Virus record (IMG/VR): IMGVR_UViG_3300030107_005430
Span: 1 to 64,000 of that record
Strand: one strand, 5' to 3'
Source: a virus
DNA: 64,000 nt
The notes below the pieces were generated by a model that saw nothing but the letters and a program-made list of their open reading frames with translations, did not search any database and was not told where the DNA came from. Positions 45,153 through 55,731 of this stretch are shown one piece after another. Within the stretch, counting starts at the first letter, position 1. The number at the start of each line of letters is the position of its first letter. Both the position numbers and the translations under genes were made by a program.

Positions 45153-46126
45153 TTCAAAATCTCCACAATTTTTTCACTAGAAGTACCATCACCATAAGGG
45201 CACTCTTCATCTACTATATAGTCGTCTTTTATTCGATTGAATATTTCCTTCAAATCATTTGGTTCTTTGCATAGTATAGAAGACGTTCCTACAGAAGCAA
45301 GTCTCTCTGTTTTCTTTCGACAAACAATTATTTTCTTTTTAAAGAAAGATGCTTCCTCCTGTATGCCCCCACTATCTGAAATTATAAATCTGCATTTTGA
45401 AATCGCATTGATCATATCATCATATGATAAAGGTTCAATTACTGACACATCCTTCAACAGATCTCTATGTTTTCTTATCTCTGGGTTTGGATGTATGGGT
45501 AATACAAATTGTAAATCGGGATTGTTGGATGCAAGTTCTGATATTTTTTCAAAATATTCTGGTATTAATTTTAAATTCTCTCTTCTGTGTAGAGTTACCA
45601 AAACCACATTGTCATATGATATAGGAATTCCTTTTAAATTATCCAGCACAGTATTTCCTACGACATGAACATCTCCTACGACATGATCTTGACTCAAGAA
45701 TCCTGCTTCAAAGGCTGTTGGTGCTAGATGAATAGTCGCTATCTTTGATATACTTTGTCTATAAAATTCTTCTGGATATGGATTCTCGATGTCATATGTT
45801 CTCATTCCCGCTTCCAGATGTATCACAGGAATCTTATGATGGAAAGCAGACAGAGCAACAGCATAAGCAGTAGCAGTATCTCCTTGCACTAGAACATGAG
45901 AAACCCATTCTTCCTCAAAATCAAAAGAATTCATAACAGAAGAAACAATCGAATCTAATCTGTTTCTACCATCCGAGATTTTAATTAGATGATCATATTC
46001 ACCATCAACCATATCATTGTGTTGTGAAACTCTTAAAATTTCAAACGGAACAACCCCCGTCATTTTTTTAATGAGGGGTTTGACTTTAATATACTCTGGT
46101 CTTGTTCCGTAACAAACTAATATCAT
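45140..46126 (-). CDS. wecB: UDP-GlcNAc 2-epimerase (non-hydrolysing type)
   Basis: GTRPE, QGDT, HLEAGMRT, PEE, GNT, HRREN, DSGGIQEE. Confidence 0.9.
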   Translation of the reverse strand: MILVCYGTRPEYIKVKPLIKKMTGVVPFEILRVSQHNDMVDGEYDHLIKISDGRNRLDSIVSSVMNSFDFEEEWVSHVLVQGDTATAYAVALSAFHHKIPVIHLEAGMRTYDIENPYPEEFYRQSISKIATIHLAPTAFEAGFLSQDHVVGDVHVVGNTVLDNLKGIPISYDNVVLVTLHRRENLKLIPEYFEKISELASNNPDLQFVLPIHPNPEIRKHRDLLKDVSVIEPLSYDDMINAISKCRFIISDSGGIQEEASFFKKKIIVCRKKTERLASVGTSSILCKEPNDLKEIFNRIKDDYIVDEECPYGDGTSSEKIVEILKCVI

Positions 46127-46129
46127 AAT

Positions 46130-46444
46130 CTACTCATTTTCAAAAAATTCAGATGCGTTTATTGCTTTGTCGTCAATATAATGATCTGCTGCGTGTTTGG
46201 TTCCTGTTCGAAGGGTGTGATATTTTACACCCCAATTTCTCAATTGTCTTTCAGTAACTTCGTGCCAATCTTTTCCAGAAACTGATCCTCTCGCAGTCTC
46301 TATGATAATTTTGTTTCCTTTATCATAGAGAGAATTTACCTTTTCAATTCTCTTCAAAATGGGATATGATTTATCATACTGTTGACGATGCCATCCCTCA
46401 TCAAGTTTACAAAGAGTCCCGTCCAAGTCGAAACAATAAATCAT
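46130..46444 (-). CDS. Small HAD-family phosphatase
   Basis: FDLDGTL, TARG, YIDDKA. Confidence 0.85.
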   Translation of the reverse strand: MIYCFDLDGTLCKLDEGWHRQQYDKSYPILKRIEKVNSLYDKGNKIIIETARGSVSGKDWHEVTERQLRNWGVKYHTLRTGTKHAADHYIDDKAINASEFFENE

Positions 46445-47076
46445 AATAATCTCTCCACAAATTTCATGTCGTCATAAGTATCAATTTGAACACTATCCGC
46501 AAAAGGCATTTCTACTACTGCTATCTTCCCACTCACTCTTGTCTTGTTTGCGATTAAACTCTTTTTAGTTGTGGTGTATGCAGCACCATTCTCAACATAA
46601 ACTTCATTTCTATCCTGTCTTCTTGGACGTTTTTCATTTCTAAAACCAATGGGTTGAACATCTAATGTCCATCGAGGATACCAATGTTCCCTGTATGCAG
46701 TAAAAGAAGAATCGTATCCTTCTTTGATTCTTTCTAAACTCTCGTTTATATATTTTGGAGACAACAAAGGAGAAGTTGGTTGAATGGAAACCAGAATATC
46801 AAAATCAACATTGTCGCAAAAATGTAATAGTGATTCTTCGTTTGGAGAATTATCTTTGGCAAATTCCTCTGGTCTGTCGATTACTTTTGCTCCAAACTTC
46901 TTTGCTATTGTTTTTATGTTTGAAGAATCTGTGCTAACCCAAACTTCATCCACATCAGAATATTTTGCTGCGTTAATGGTATATGCAATCAAAGGTTCTC
47001 CTCCCAATAACTGAATATTCTTATTGGGTATTCCTTTGCTTCCACCTCTCGCAAGAATTAATGCAATTGATTTCAT
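46441..47076 (-). CDS. neuA: CMP-nonulosonate (acylneuraminate) cytidylyltransferase
   Basis: ARGGSKGIPNKN, VSTD, QPTSP, RRQD, ENGA, IDT. Confidence 0.92.
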   Translation of the reverse strand: MKSIALILARGGSKGIPNKNIQLLGGEPLIAYTINAAKYSDVDEVWVSTDSSNIKTIAKKFGAKVIDRPEEFAKDNSPNEESLLHFCDNVDFDILVSIQPTSPLLSPKYINESLERIKEGYDSSFTAYREHWYPRWTLDVQPIGFRNEKRPRRQDRNEVYVENGAAYTTTKKSLIANKTRVSGKIAVVEMPFADSVQIDTYDDMKFVERLL

Positions 47077-47897
47077 CCTCTGAGTGCCTTTCTCTTTTTC
47101 ATTTCAGAATCAAACAATTCTCTCGGTCCACCTTCGCCGAATGATTTTTCTATATCTCTTATTCCCTTCACCAGTTTAATCAGTCCCATTGGTTCTACCG
47201 AAGATACATGATCCGAACCCCACATGGTTCGATCTAATGTAATGTGTCGTTCTACCCAAGATGCTCCCATTGCTACAGCAGCAAATGTTGTAACTAATCC
47301 ATATTCATGTCCACTATATCCTATCTCCTTTGATGGATATTTTTCTTTCAACCAATTAATATAGTTCAGATTCAATTCTCCGATTGGAGATGGATATGTA
47401 GAATTAGTATGAAAGATTAGATCGGGGTTTGATATCATTGTAGCATTTTCAATTTCTTTTTCTTCACTCATTCCAGTAGAAATCATTAAATAATCTGATT
47501 TATCTCTTGCATAAAATAAAAGATTATTATTTGTAATAAGAGCAGATGGAACTTTCATTGTCCCTGTATATCTTCTCATGAAGTCAACAGAGTCTATGTC
47601 CCAAACAGATGCAAATATTCCTATTCCTTTTGATTCAGCATATGAAAATAACTCATCATATTGAGAATCATCAAACTCCATTTTATATTTGTATTCAATA
47701 TAGGACATCTCTCCCCAAGGAGTATCTCTTCTCTTATATTTTTGATCTTCTGGAACACAAACGTCTGGATTTCTTTTTTGAAACTTTACAAAATCACAAC
47801 CAGAGATTGATGCAACATCAATCAATTTCTTTGCTGTCTCAACACTACCATTATGATTAATGCCGATCTCTGCAATAATTTTTGTGGTCATAATCAT
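47073..47897 (-). CDS. neuB: Nonulosonic acid (N-acetylneuraminate) synthase, no C-terminal AFP-like domain
   Basis: IAEIGINHNG, VKFQKR, ISTGM, GYSGH, ERHITLDR..GSDH. Confidence 0.92.
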   Translation of the reverse strand: MIMTTKIIAEIGINHNGSVETAKKLIDVASISGCDFVKFQKRNPDVCVPEDQKYKRRDTPWGEMSYIEYKYKMEFDDSQYDELFSYAESKGIGIFASVWDIDSVDFMRRYTGTMKVPSALITNNNLLFYARDKSDYLMISTGMSEEKEIENATMISNPDLIFHTNSTYPSPIGELNLNYINWLKEKYPSKEIGYSGHEYGLVTTFAAVAMGASWVERHITLDRTMWGSDHVSSVEPMGLIKLVKGIRDIEKSFGEGGPRELFDSEMKKRKALRG

Positions 47898-48553
47898 TCA
47901 GTCCTTTCAAAGACAACTGTAGTATTATTATAAATCCATTTATCATAAGCAGGTGGTTCCTTCATCCAATAAACTTTATGTTTAATTTCATCCCAAACTT
48001 CTGGAGTTATTGTATAGATTAATTTCCAATCTTCAAGATTTAAAGATTCAAAAAACTCCATCCACTTTTCATGTGTCCAACATGTTAAATGTAGAGGTCC
48101 AACTCCATATTTATTTCCTTCGAGTGTGTTTACTATTTTATGTGCAACATACTTCCTTGATGTTCTAAAACACTCTCTGTGTGCTTTTTCTTGATCTTCT
48201 GGTCGCAAATGCTCAATCACATCAGTTGAACATACCAAATCAAAAGAATTATCATCAAAAGGAATATCTGTAATAGAAGCAACCTGTGCAGATACACCAC
48301 GTTCTATTGCTCGATCTATAGCAGTTTTAGAAACATCTATACCTTTACACTCTTTATCCAATGGTTCAAAAAAAGATTTTATACCAATTCCTGTAGAGCA
48401 TCCAACATCCAAAACGGATTTATATTCTATTTGTGATGGATGTAAACAGCAATTCAAAAATGCATCATAATGTGTAGATTTCAATTCATTACTGGAATGA
48501 TACCCATGTTTACTATACAATTCTTCATACAATTCTTCATAAAATTTAGTCAT
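47894..48553 (-). CDS. Class I SAM methyltransferase
   Basis: VLDVGCSTG, FDLV..DVIEHL. Confidence 0.85.
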   Translation of the reverse strand: MTKFYEELYEELYSKHGYHSSNELKSTHYDAFLNCCLHPSQIEYKSVLDVGCSTGIGIKSFFEPLDKECKGIDVSKTAIDRAIERGVSAQVASITDIPFDDNSFDLVCSTDVIEHLRPEDQEKAHRECFRTSRKYVAHKIVNTLEGNKYGVGPLHLTCWTHEKWMEFFESLNLEDWKLIYTITPEVWDEIKHKVYWMKEPPAYDKWIYNNTTVVFERTE

Positions 48554-49194
48554 CGGTTTGCCTTTTCGTATATTGGAAACTCTGATAAATCCTTATGCAT
48601 ACCAGAAGTTTCCAAGTCCTCATTATAATCTTCAATATCTTTAAACAATTCCAAACCCTCTGCTGCTTGTTCAGGAGGCATATACATGTTCCAACCGATC
48701 ATATCAAAGGAATCGTCTTTGTATAGTTTATCCATATGTCTTCCTTCATAACGAGCAACCTTGAACCACTCATATGCATCCTTGTCGTTTGTCAGGATCA
48801 TTCCACCCTTGCCGATTGGGATGTGCTTTCTCCTGTGGAAAGACAAACAGTAATATGAATCTTGGACATACATTCCTCTACGCATTCTTGTAGCACCATC
48901 CCAAACAGGATATGGATTCAATTGGTATGCTCCGCTCCACTCAATGTCTTCAAACTTAACTTGGCAGCCTGCGTGTATCACTGTACATGGTACGGAGACA
49001 TATGTTCTTTTTGGTAGAGTAATCTCCCCGTCTGCTTTTAGATACTTCAAACACAAAAACATTGCATCTGTGCAATTGTCTATAGCGACAGCATACTTAC
49101 TGCCTGCATATTTTGCAAGGCTTTTCTCAAATAAATCTACCACATCCCAAGGATCAGATAGATTATAATCCATCATATATTTTTCTACTAACAT
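48550..49194 (-). CDS. Short DegT/DnrJ-family PLP aminotransferase
   Basis: FEKSLA..YAVAIDNCT, WDGA, SFHRRKHI..GKGG. Confidence 0.8.
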   Translation of the reverse strand: MLVEKYMMDYNLSDPWDVVDLFEKSLAKYAGSKYAVAIDNCTDAMFLCLKYLKADGEITLPKRTYVSVPCTVIHAGCQVKFEDIEWSGAYQLNPYPVWDGATRMRRGMYVQDSYYCLSFHRRKHIPIGKGGMILTNDKDAYEWFKVARYEGRHMDKLYKDDSFDMIGWNMYMPPEQAAEGLELFKDIEDYNEDLETSGMHKDLSEFPIYEKANR

Positions 49195-49898
49195 GCAGAA
49201 CCTAACTTTGCATTTTCAATTGGATCAAATGTATCTGGAGTTTCATCACGACTCATTTTATCATAATACCCACCAACTGTAAAGGGTTGTTTTGTTGTGC
49301 ATGTGACTTTATCACATTTATCATCATACGCGAAACCGGGCATAACTCTAAAATCAAAACTGACTCTTGTTTTACCAGTTTCATTGTCTTTATTTCCATG
49401 ACGGCATTGATTTAAATAACCAATCATAAACTGACCATATTCTAAATTAACCGGAGAGAAATCTCCAAGTCCCGGAAGACTCTCTACCCAAACAGTATTT
49501 GTGTCAAAGGATTTTGTAAGTGGCAAAAATACATTCAACTCGCCGAGAGGATGCTTATGGTGAGAGTCACCATCTGAGTGCCACCTGTAAACTGCCTTTG
49601 CTCCGGGTCTGTTGAAACGAATACCGGGAGTCTTCTGGTAGATCAACTCGTCATCCTCAAACAACGGAAAGATAACTTCTCTAACGAATGCTTTGTATAA
49701 GTTATCAAATTCTGGCCATCCTCCATCAGCATCTATCTTTCCATAATAAATTTTATGAAGAGATGTGTGGGTGTCTTTACCAAGTGTCAAGTTTGTTTTT
49801 TGATCTTCACTGTCTAACTCTGATAGATCTATATTATAAAGACTTCCTACCAACTCAGCAAAGTAGTATTTCTTTGTATCATAATTTATTATTTTCAT
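49188..49898 (-). CDS. StrG-like / 2OG-Fe(II) oxygenase-fold protein
   Basis: YQKTP..R, WHSD..HP, RHGN..N.TGKTRVSFDFR. Confidence 0.7.
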   Translation of the reverse strand: MKIINYDTKKYYFAELVGSLYNIDLSELDSEDQKTNLTLGKDTHTSLHKIYYGKIDADGGWPEFDNLYKAFVREVIFPLFEDDELIYQKTPGIRFNRPGAKAVYRWHSDGDSHHKHPLGELNVFLPLTKSFDTNTVWVESLPGLGDFSPVNLEYGQFMIGYLNQCRHGNKDNETGKTRVSFDFRVMPGFAYDDKCDKVTCTTKQPFTVGGYYDKMSRDETPDTFDPIENAKLGSAC

Positions 49899-50628
49899 TA
49901 TCGTTTCCTAATAAAAATGTATAGTTATCTCTGTCCTGATGCAAAAGAGTATATTCTGAAAATAATAAATTACCCAACTCGTTTTGTAATTTTTCATTCT
50001 CGACGGAACGCTTATCTCTCATCAACTCAAATTTTACAGAAATTAAACTGGGACGAATCTTAGTCTCCTTCATCATGTACAGAAGTGATGCAACCTCTGC
50101 TCCTTCGATGTTCAACTTTATAGCATCAACATGATCATGATTTAAAGTTTCCATAATAGAATCTATTTTCATTACTTTTAATGTTGTGAATCTATCCGTC
50201 CCTTGAAGATTATCAATACTCATACTAACATGATCTTCGTTTTGTGGATGGAAAAATTTAATATCAGTATCTTCACTATAAATACCGTAATCATGAAAGA
50301 ACATTCGATTAATGTCTGCTTTTGATTCTCGAATATACCTTGTATAATTTACATCTCCTCCTCCGAAACTAGAATCGTATGGAGGATCTATTTCTTTACC
50401 AACAAGATCGCAGCAAAAATCAAAATGTGGTTTGGATCTGGGAGTCGGATCAAAAATATGAATTTCAGATGATGTTAATCCCGACAGTAAAAACTCATAA
50501 CATAGATCTTCCCCCGCACCAAAAGAATACACCACTGATTCTTTTTTGATGTGATCTATCGGTAGATTAGACCAACAACCATACTGAGTTCCTTTAATTG
50601 TATTTAATGTTTTCATACAAATCTCCAT
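49879..50628 (-). CDS. FkbM-family methyltransferase
   Basis: VYSFGAGED, FDPTP, IKLNIEGAE. Confidence 0.8.
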   Translation of the reverse strand: MEICMKTLNTIKGTQYGCWSNLPIDHIKKESVVYSFGAGEDLCYEFLLSGLTSSEIHIFDPTPRSKPHFDFCCDLVGKEIDPPYDSSFGGGDVNYTRYIRESKADINRMFFHDYGIYSEDTDIKFFHPQNEDHVSMSIDNLQGTDRFTTLKVMKIDSIMETLNHDHVDAIKLNIEGAEVASLLYMMKETKIRPSLISVKFELMRDKRSVENEKLQNELGNLLFSEYTLLHQDRDNYTFLLGNDNENNKL

Positions 50629-51455
50629 ACATTGTAATATTCATTTCCACCTTTATACAAATCTGTCCAGAAATTATCATATGACAACTGCCATTTTCTA
50701 ACATGTTCTGGATCTTCTGTGAGATGCCATGGTGTGTGATTTAAATTCTTTTCTATCCATTCTAATGAATGTATTATCTTTTTATCATTTTTCCCAACAA
50801 AACCAGCACAAACAACAAAAGTGCTTGACGATGCAATCAGAACATCACATTCAGTTAATGTAGAAAAATCTTTAAAATGATCTGGACTTCCCAATTCGAA
50901 GTTCAACCCGCGTTCTTTCAAATATTCTACAGTCCTCACATAACTCTCAAATGATTTATCATCTGTACAAACATAATAAAATGTATTATCAAACTCATCT
51001 TCTACAGTATTTATTGCAGTTCTGTAATACTCAGGACTGTGAATCTCTCTTCCATTATTTCCATCTCTTCCAAGAATATCATCACCACGAATATGTATCC
51101 CCACATTCGTTTTATCTTCTGGTAAGTTTCTCTTATACTTGTCATTTATTTGAATGAATTTTCTTGGATCTGTTTTAGTTACTTTCCAAAAAACATTATG
51201 AATAGAATTAGGACAAATACAATAATCTTTATCAGAATCTAAATGTAAATCTTCTAGTAAATCACTCCATATTATAGATGACTTTTCCGAATTACCACCA
51301 CTCTTTCTATTAACTAGATTTGAGAAAATGTCATGCCCTTCCCATCGAACACAAGATGCATCATTATTTGTAGTGAAAGATAATTGCATTAATGTGTTGT
51401 ATTGAAGGATTCTATTCCCAAATCTACCTCTAGTAATTTCATCTATTCTTATCAT
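50613..51455 (-). CDS. GT11-like alpha-1,2-fucosyltransferase
   Basis: GRFGN, HIRGDD, YY, TDD, DF..SSSTF. Confidence 0.8.
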   Translation of the reverse strand: MIRIDEITRGRFGNRILQYNTLMQLSFTTNNDASCVRWEGHDIFSNLVNRKSGGNSEKSSIIWSDLLEDLHLDSDKDYCICPNSIHNVFWKVTKTDPRKFIQINDKYKRNLPEDKTNVGIHIRGDDILGRDGNNGREIHSPEYYRTAINTVEDEFDNTFYYVCTDDKSFESYVRTVEYLKERGLNFELGSPDHFKDFSTLTECDVLIASSSTFVVCAGFVGKNDKKIIHSLEWIEKNLNHTPWHLTEDPEHVRKWQLSYDNFWTDLYKGGNEYYNVWRFV

Positions 51456-52215
51456 TGCTATAATTCCAAATCCAGTCTGGATTTATTTTTTCTAAAGTTA
51501 AAGTTTCTTCTGACCTACAACCTTCATGGTGCTTTATTCTTTCCTGAATACTACCTCCCAAAGTATGAGATCTCATTATAGAATAATGATGATCTTTTTC
51601 TCCCGACTTAAAATGATCAGAGAGTTTTCCATAATGTAAAATGCCTGTTTCATGTGTAGTCTGATGAGGTTCTGGTACGTTGTATGGTTCCATAGGTAAA
51701 AGATGTTTATCTAAACGGTATTTATAGTCAAAACCATTTATCCATTTAAAAAGAGAACCTTTAATCGGACCATTATTAAAAGCATTCCAGTTTATATTCG
51801 TTCCTTCTTCCGTCCTAAAACTGTCAGTCCTATGATGAAATTCATCTCCCCACAATTGCACGAAGGGAAGTTTCCATAAATTGATAGAATCGTCTAAATC
51901 ATCTATAAACTCAGGCATATTTCTAAACGGAATCTCATCAGCGTCTAATGATAAAACATAATCTGGATTGTGGGGTTTGATCGCTTCAATTGCTATCATG
52001 TGCTGATGGCCATCACATCTAACTCTCCAATCATGTTCGATATTTTTGTGCCACTCAACTTTCTCATAACCTCTGCAAATTTCTTCTGTTCCATCTGTGC
52101 TTCCATCATCGACTATGATGATCTTTTCACAAAACTGATCAAGAGCAGAAAGCAACCTGTCTATAATTACTTCTTCATCTTTAACTCCTACTTTTGCGAT
52201 CACAGATTTTTTCAT
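51439..52215 (-). CDS. GT2-like glycosyltransferase
   Basis: VDDGSTDGT, LDADE, LHYG. Confidence 0.85.
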   Translation of the reverse strand: MKKSVIAKVGVKDEEVIIDRLLSALDQFCEKIIIVDDGSTDGTEEICRGYEKVEWHKNIEHDWRVRCDGHQHMIAIEAIKPHNPDYVLSLDADEIPFRNMPEFIDDLDDSINLWKLPFVQLWGDEFHHRTDSFRTEEGTNINWNAFNNGPIKGSLFKWINGFDYKYRLDKHLLPMEPYNVPEPHQTTHETGILHYGKLSDHFKSGEKDHHYSIMRSHTLGGSIQERIKHHEGCRSEETLTLEKINPDWIWNYSNDKNR

Positions 52216-52216
52216 T

Positions 52217-54778
52217 CTATCTCTCCATCAATTCATTCATGTTTATAAATTTACAACCTGCATCAATCAAATCTTGATTCTGCTCTTTTATATAATCAAA
52301 GAAATTCCAAGCCAATACTATGATAACATCTGGTAAATTTTCCTTACAATATTTTTTGTCTTTGATAGGAATATTAACGCAAGGGATAAACTTTTCATGT
52401 TTTAATGAATTATCTTCTACGACATATTCAATGTCATTACTGTCAATTCCAAAAAAGTTTAACGCAGTGGTTGCTTTCGCAGGAGCAGCATAACCAGCAA
52501 TTCTGTTATATTTCTTTTTTAAATCGTCTATATTTTTCCTAACATTCAACTTCATTTTATACACTTCTTCAGCAAATTGTTTATATGTGGAAAATTCTGT
52601 TACACCGTATTCCTTTTCATCTGATAGAAAATTTTCCACACTAGAATCTATGTCTGACTTACCATTTCTTTTTACATATACTCGAATAGAACCACCATGT
52701 GTATCAACGTATTCAACTTTATATACAGAAAGTCCCATATTATTAAAGAAATTGTTTATAGATGTTACAGACCAATAATTGGTATGTTCGTGATAAATGT
52801 TATCAAAGGTTAAATCCTTTAAAGTAGATAACAAGTATTGCACCTCAACAACAAACGCACCATCTTCATCTAAAAGATTAAAAGCATTTACCGCCATTTC
52901 ATATAATTTATCAGAGTGAGCAAACACATTTGATGCAGTTACTAAATCTGCCTTTCCATACTTGGAAATTAAATCATCAACTATATCTTTATCAAAATAT
53001 TCATTGTATGTCGGGATTCCATTTTCATTTGCTAAACTTGAAATGTTTTTAGCAGGATCAACTCCAAGAATTTTAATTCCTTTTTCTTTCAAAGGCTTCA
53101 ATCCAACACCATCATTACTGCCAACATCAACTACAAAACTATCTTCATTTAAATCAAACTCTTCAATTAACCTTTCAGAGGCTTCCTTGAAATGTTTAAC
53201 AAACTTTGAAGAGGTAGAAGAAACATAAAGATAATTTTCAAACATATCCTCTGGGGGGACCACAACCGACAATTGACAATTATTACACTTAGAACAATAG
53301 TTCATTTCTAATGGATATGTAATAACCTTTTCATCTTTTGAGTCAACAAGATTGTTTGCAAGAGGAGAAGATCCCAAAGATACACAACGATCAAGATGAA
53401 TATTACCACAAGAACGACAAGAAATTTTATATGTCTCTAGAAGTCTGTCTCTCATTTCATCGTCAACTAATTTGTAAGGAATGGTGTGTGTTATTCCATA
53501 ATTTTCGTGTTCTCTTTCTCCTCTGACTAAATTTAAAAACACAGAATCTTCCGTGAACACCATAGTATGTGCAACATTAGGTTTTATGATAGCAATATCA
53601 CCCTTATTGATAACTCTAGTTTCAATAGGTGCATTCGGAACAGACAAGTCTTTAATTACACTTATATATTGACCTTCAACTAAAAGACATTTTTGTTCTT
53701 GAATTGGATGGTAGTGATTTGCTCTTACGGTTCCTTTCTTGGAATCAATCATCCCAATCAAATTAATAGGTTCTGTTAATTCGTAATTAATGATTCTTCC
53801 ACGATCATCAACATATTCCTTACCACCTTTATCAATGTATTCTAAATCAGGATTAATATTTTTATCTGACCAATTCTCTATCATCTCTCGAATACAATCT
53901 TTAACATTATATCTAAATTCAAATCCTGTAGATAAGAGTTTGTCGTTAGAGATAGAATATCCAAGATTAGGAATTTCATCATCAGTTTCTATGATATTCA
54001 ATTTAGGATTTATATCCTTACACATTTCGGCAACTTCCTTTACCGTCATGTTTTCTTTGGATAGATGAAATATATCTCTACTGATATCCTTTTTTTCTGC
54101 CATAAATTTCATACATCTGGCGACATCCACAACTGGAACAACACTTTTCAGTTGAACACCTCCTGAAAATAATTTAATAGTTCCATTTAGAGACGATATC
54201 TTAGAAAACAAATTGGGCATGATATTTATTCGCATTGTATCTGATGAATAACCACATACACTTGCTAATCTTAAAATGACATAATTTTTATTTGATTCTA
54301 TTAAATCATTTTCTGATTGAAACTTTCCTTTAGCATAGGATAGAACCGGACATGGTTTTTCAGATTCATTTATGTTGAGTTTTGTTTCTTCAAATCCTTC
54401 AAATACAACATGAGTAGAAGGAAAAATTAATTTACAATCATCTTTGATGTTGTTGATAATGTTTCTTGTACCAACAATTGCAGTATCCTTAATTAACTTA
54501 TCTTGTTCTGGATTAGATTCAGTCTTAGTGTATGCAACATCTGTTATACCTGCAAGGTGGATTACAATGTCTGCATCAGAAACTATGTCCTTTATAGTTT
54601 CTTCTAGGATTGAACATTGAATAAAATTAATACCCCAATCTCGAAGTTGTTTTACTCTTCCAGAAACAAATCTAGCATCAACTGCAATGATATTATCAAA
54701 ACGTGATTGACCGGAATATAATTTACAAAGTTCTGTTCCAATATATCCCAATGCACCTGTAATTACAATTTTTTTCAT
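52217..54778 (-). CDS. Trifunctional NDP-sugar enzyme: SDR epimerase/dehydratase, cupin isomerase and C-methyltransferase
   Basis: TGALGYIG..YAKGK; DDRG..RANHYH..AH; CRSCG..PLAN..CSKC, DVGSNDG, NVFAH, IYHEH, HGGSIR, AWNF. Confidence 0.88.
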   Translation of the reverse strand: MKKIVITGALGYIGTELCKLYSGQSRFDNIIAVDARFVSGRVKQLRDWGINFIQCSILEETIKDIVSDADIVIHLAGITDVAYTKTESNPEQDKLIKDTAIVGTRNIINNIKDDCKLIFPSTHVVFEGFEETKLNINESEKPCPVLSYAKGKFQSENDLIESNKNYVILRLASVCGYSSDTMRINIMPNLFSKISSLNGTIKLFSGGVQLKSVVPVVDVARCMKFMAEKKDISRDIFHLSKENMTVKEVAEMCKDINPKLNIIETDDEIPNLGYSISNDKLLSTGFEFRYNVKDCIREMIENWSDKNINPDLEYIDKGGKEYVDDRGRIINYELTEPINLIGMIDSKKGTVRANHYHPIQEQKCLLVEGQYISVIKDLSVPNAPIETRVINKGDIAIIKPNVAHTMVFTEDSVFLNLVRGEREHENYGITHTIPYKLVDDEMRDRLLETYKISCRSCGNIHLDRCVSLGSSPLANNLVDSKDEKVITYPLEMNYCSKCNNCQLSVVVPPEDMFENYLYVSSTSSKFVKHFKEASERLIEEFDLNEDSFVVDVGSNDGVGLKPLKEKGIKILGVDPAKNISSLANENGIPTYNEYFDKDIVDDLISKYGKADLVTASNVFAHSDKLYEMAVNAFNLLDEDGAFVVEVQYLLSTLKDLTFDNIYHEHTNYWSVTSINNFFNNMGLSVYKVEYVDTHGGSIRVYVKRNGKSDIDSSVENFLSDEKEYGVTEFSTYKQFAEEVYKMKLNVRKNIDDLKKKYNRIAGYAAPAKATTALNFFGIDSNDIEYVVEDNSLKHEKFIPCVNIPIKDKKYCKENLPDVIIVLAWNFFDYIKEQNQDLIDAGCKFINMNELMER

Positions 54779-55731
54779 ATTAAATGCCTCAACGAATCAA
54801 ATTCTTCAAATAATTTCACACCATATGTATTTTGAATTTCTTTCACTTCATTTCTCCAATCTTCTACAAATCGAATTCTAGTTTCTGGTTGAGGTTCTTC
54901 TTCTCTTTTTTTAACAACAAATCCATGTGTAAATTTACAATCTAAAAATTCATTTGAGCGAAACAATCCATGTGTTCCTCCCCATTTGTGATATGGAAGC
55001 CATGGTCTAGACAATAAGAAATGAACAAAATTAATTTCTTTCTTAAGAGTATTATAATCTTTTCGAATAAACTTGTCAAGATCTTTATTATCTGGAATGC
55101 TATTGAATTGATAATTCCAAGTCATGTCAAGATTTTTCAAATCGAAGATTCCATCACAACCAAGAAACTCAGAGTAATTATTATTCTTTCCCATTGCACA
55201 TAGAACTTGTTGATCGTGGACTCTTCCTCCATGCCATTGAATATATTCTGGAGTTGCCATCTTTTGATATGCTTTCATAAACTCTTCATTCAAATTCATA
55301 TCTACCATCTTTTCATTATTGAAAAGGATGACTCCAGAATTAAATTTATTTTCAATATCTCCTGCTCTAGCAGCAATCTCTAAATCGTCATTGAAAAATG
55401 ATGTGTCTATTTTTCTTATACAATAAACATCTGCATCTATAAAGATACTATATTTGTATCCCTTTTCATGTAGCATTTTAGGTCCAATGTGCCACCAGAA
55501 ACTATGAGAAGGCCACTGATCATTTATATAACCATTAATATCATCTTTAAGATCTACCTTTAAAGAACTAATTCCTAATCTTTCGAACTTCTCAACCCCC
55601 TCTTCTGATGCATCAGTAATTATCCACGGATCAAAATTTGAATTATACTTACACGCAATCAATAAAGCAGAGATCATGTTTGGAATATATCCTTCGTCTC
55701 CTGAGCAAAATATAGCAATCTTATCTTTCAT
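54775..55731 (-). CDS. GT8-like glycosyltransferase
   Basis: FIDADV, FNSGV, DQ, WN, VHF..RPW. Confidence 0.8.
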   Translation of the reverse strand: MKDKIAIFCSGDEGYIPNMISALLIACKYNSNFDPWIITDASEEGVEKFERLGISSLKVDLKDDINGYINDQWPSHSFWWHIGPKMLHEKGYKYSIFIDADVYCIRKIDTSFFNDDLEIAARAGDIENKFNSGVILFNNEKMVDMNLNEEFMKAYQKMATPEYIQWHGGRVHDQQVLCAMGKNNNYSEFLGCDGIFDLKNLDMTWNYQFNSIPDNKDLDKFIRKDYNTLKKEINFVHFLLSRPWLPYHKWGGTHGLFRSNEFLDCKFTHGFVVKKREEEPQPETRIRFVEDWRNEVKEIQNTYGVKLFEEFDSLRHLI

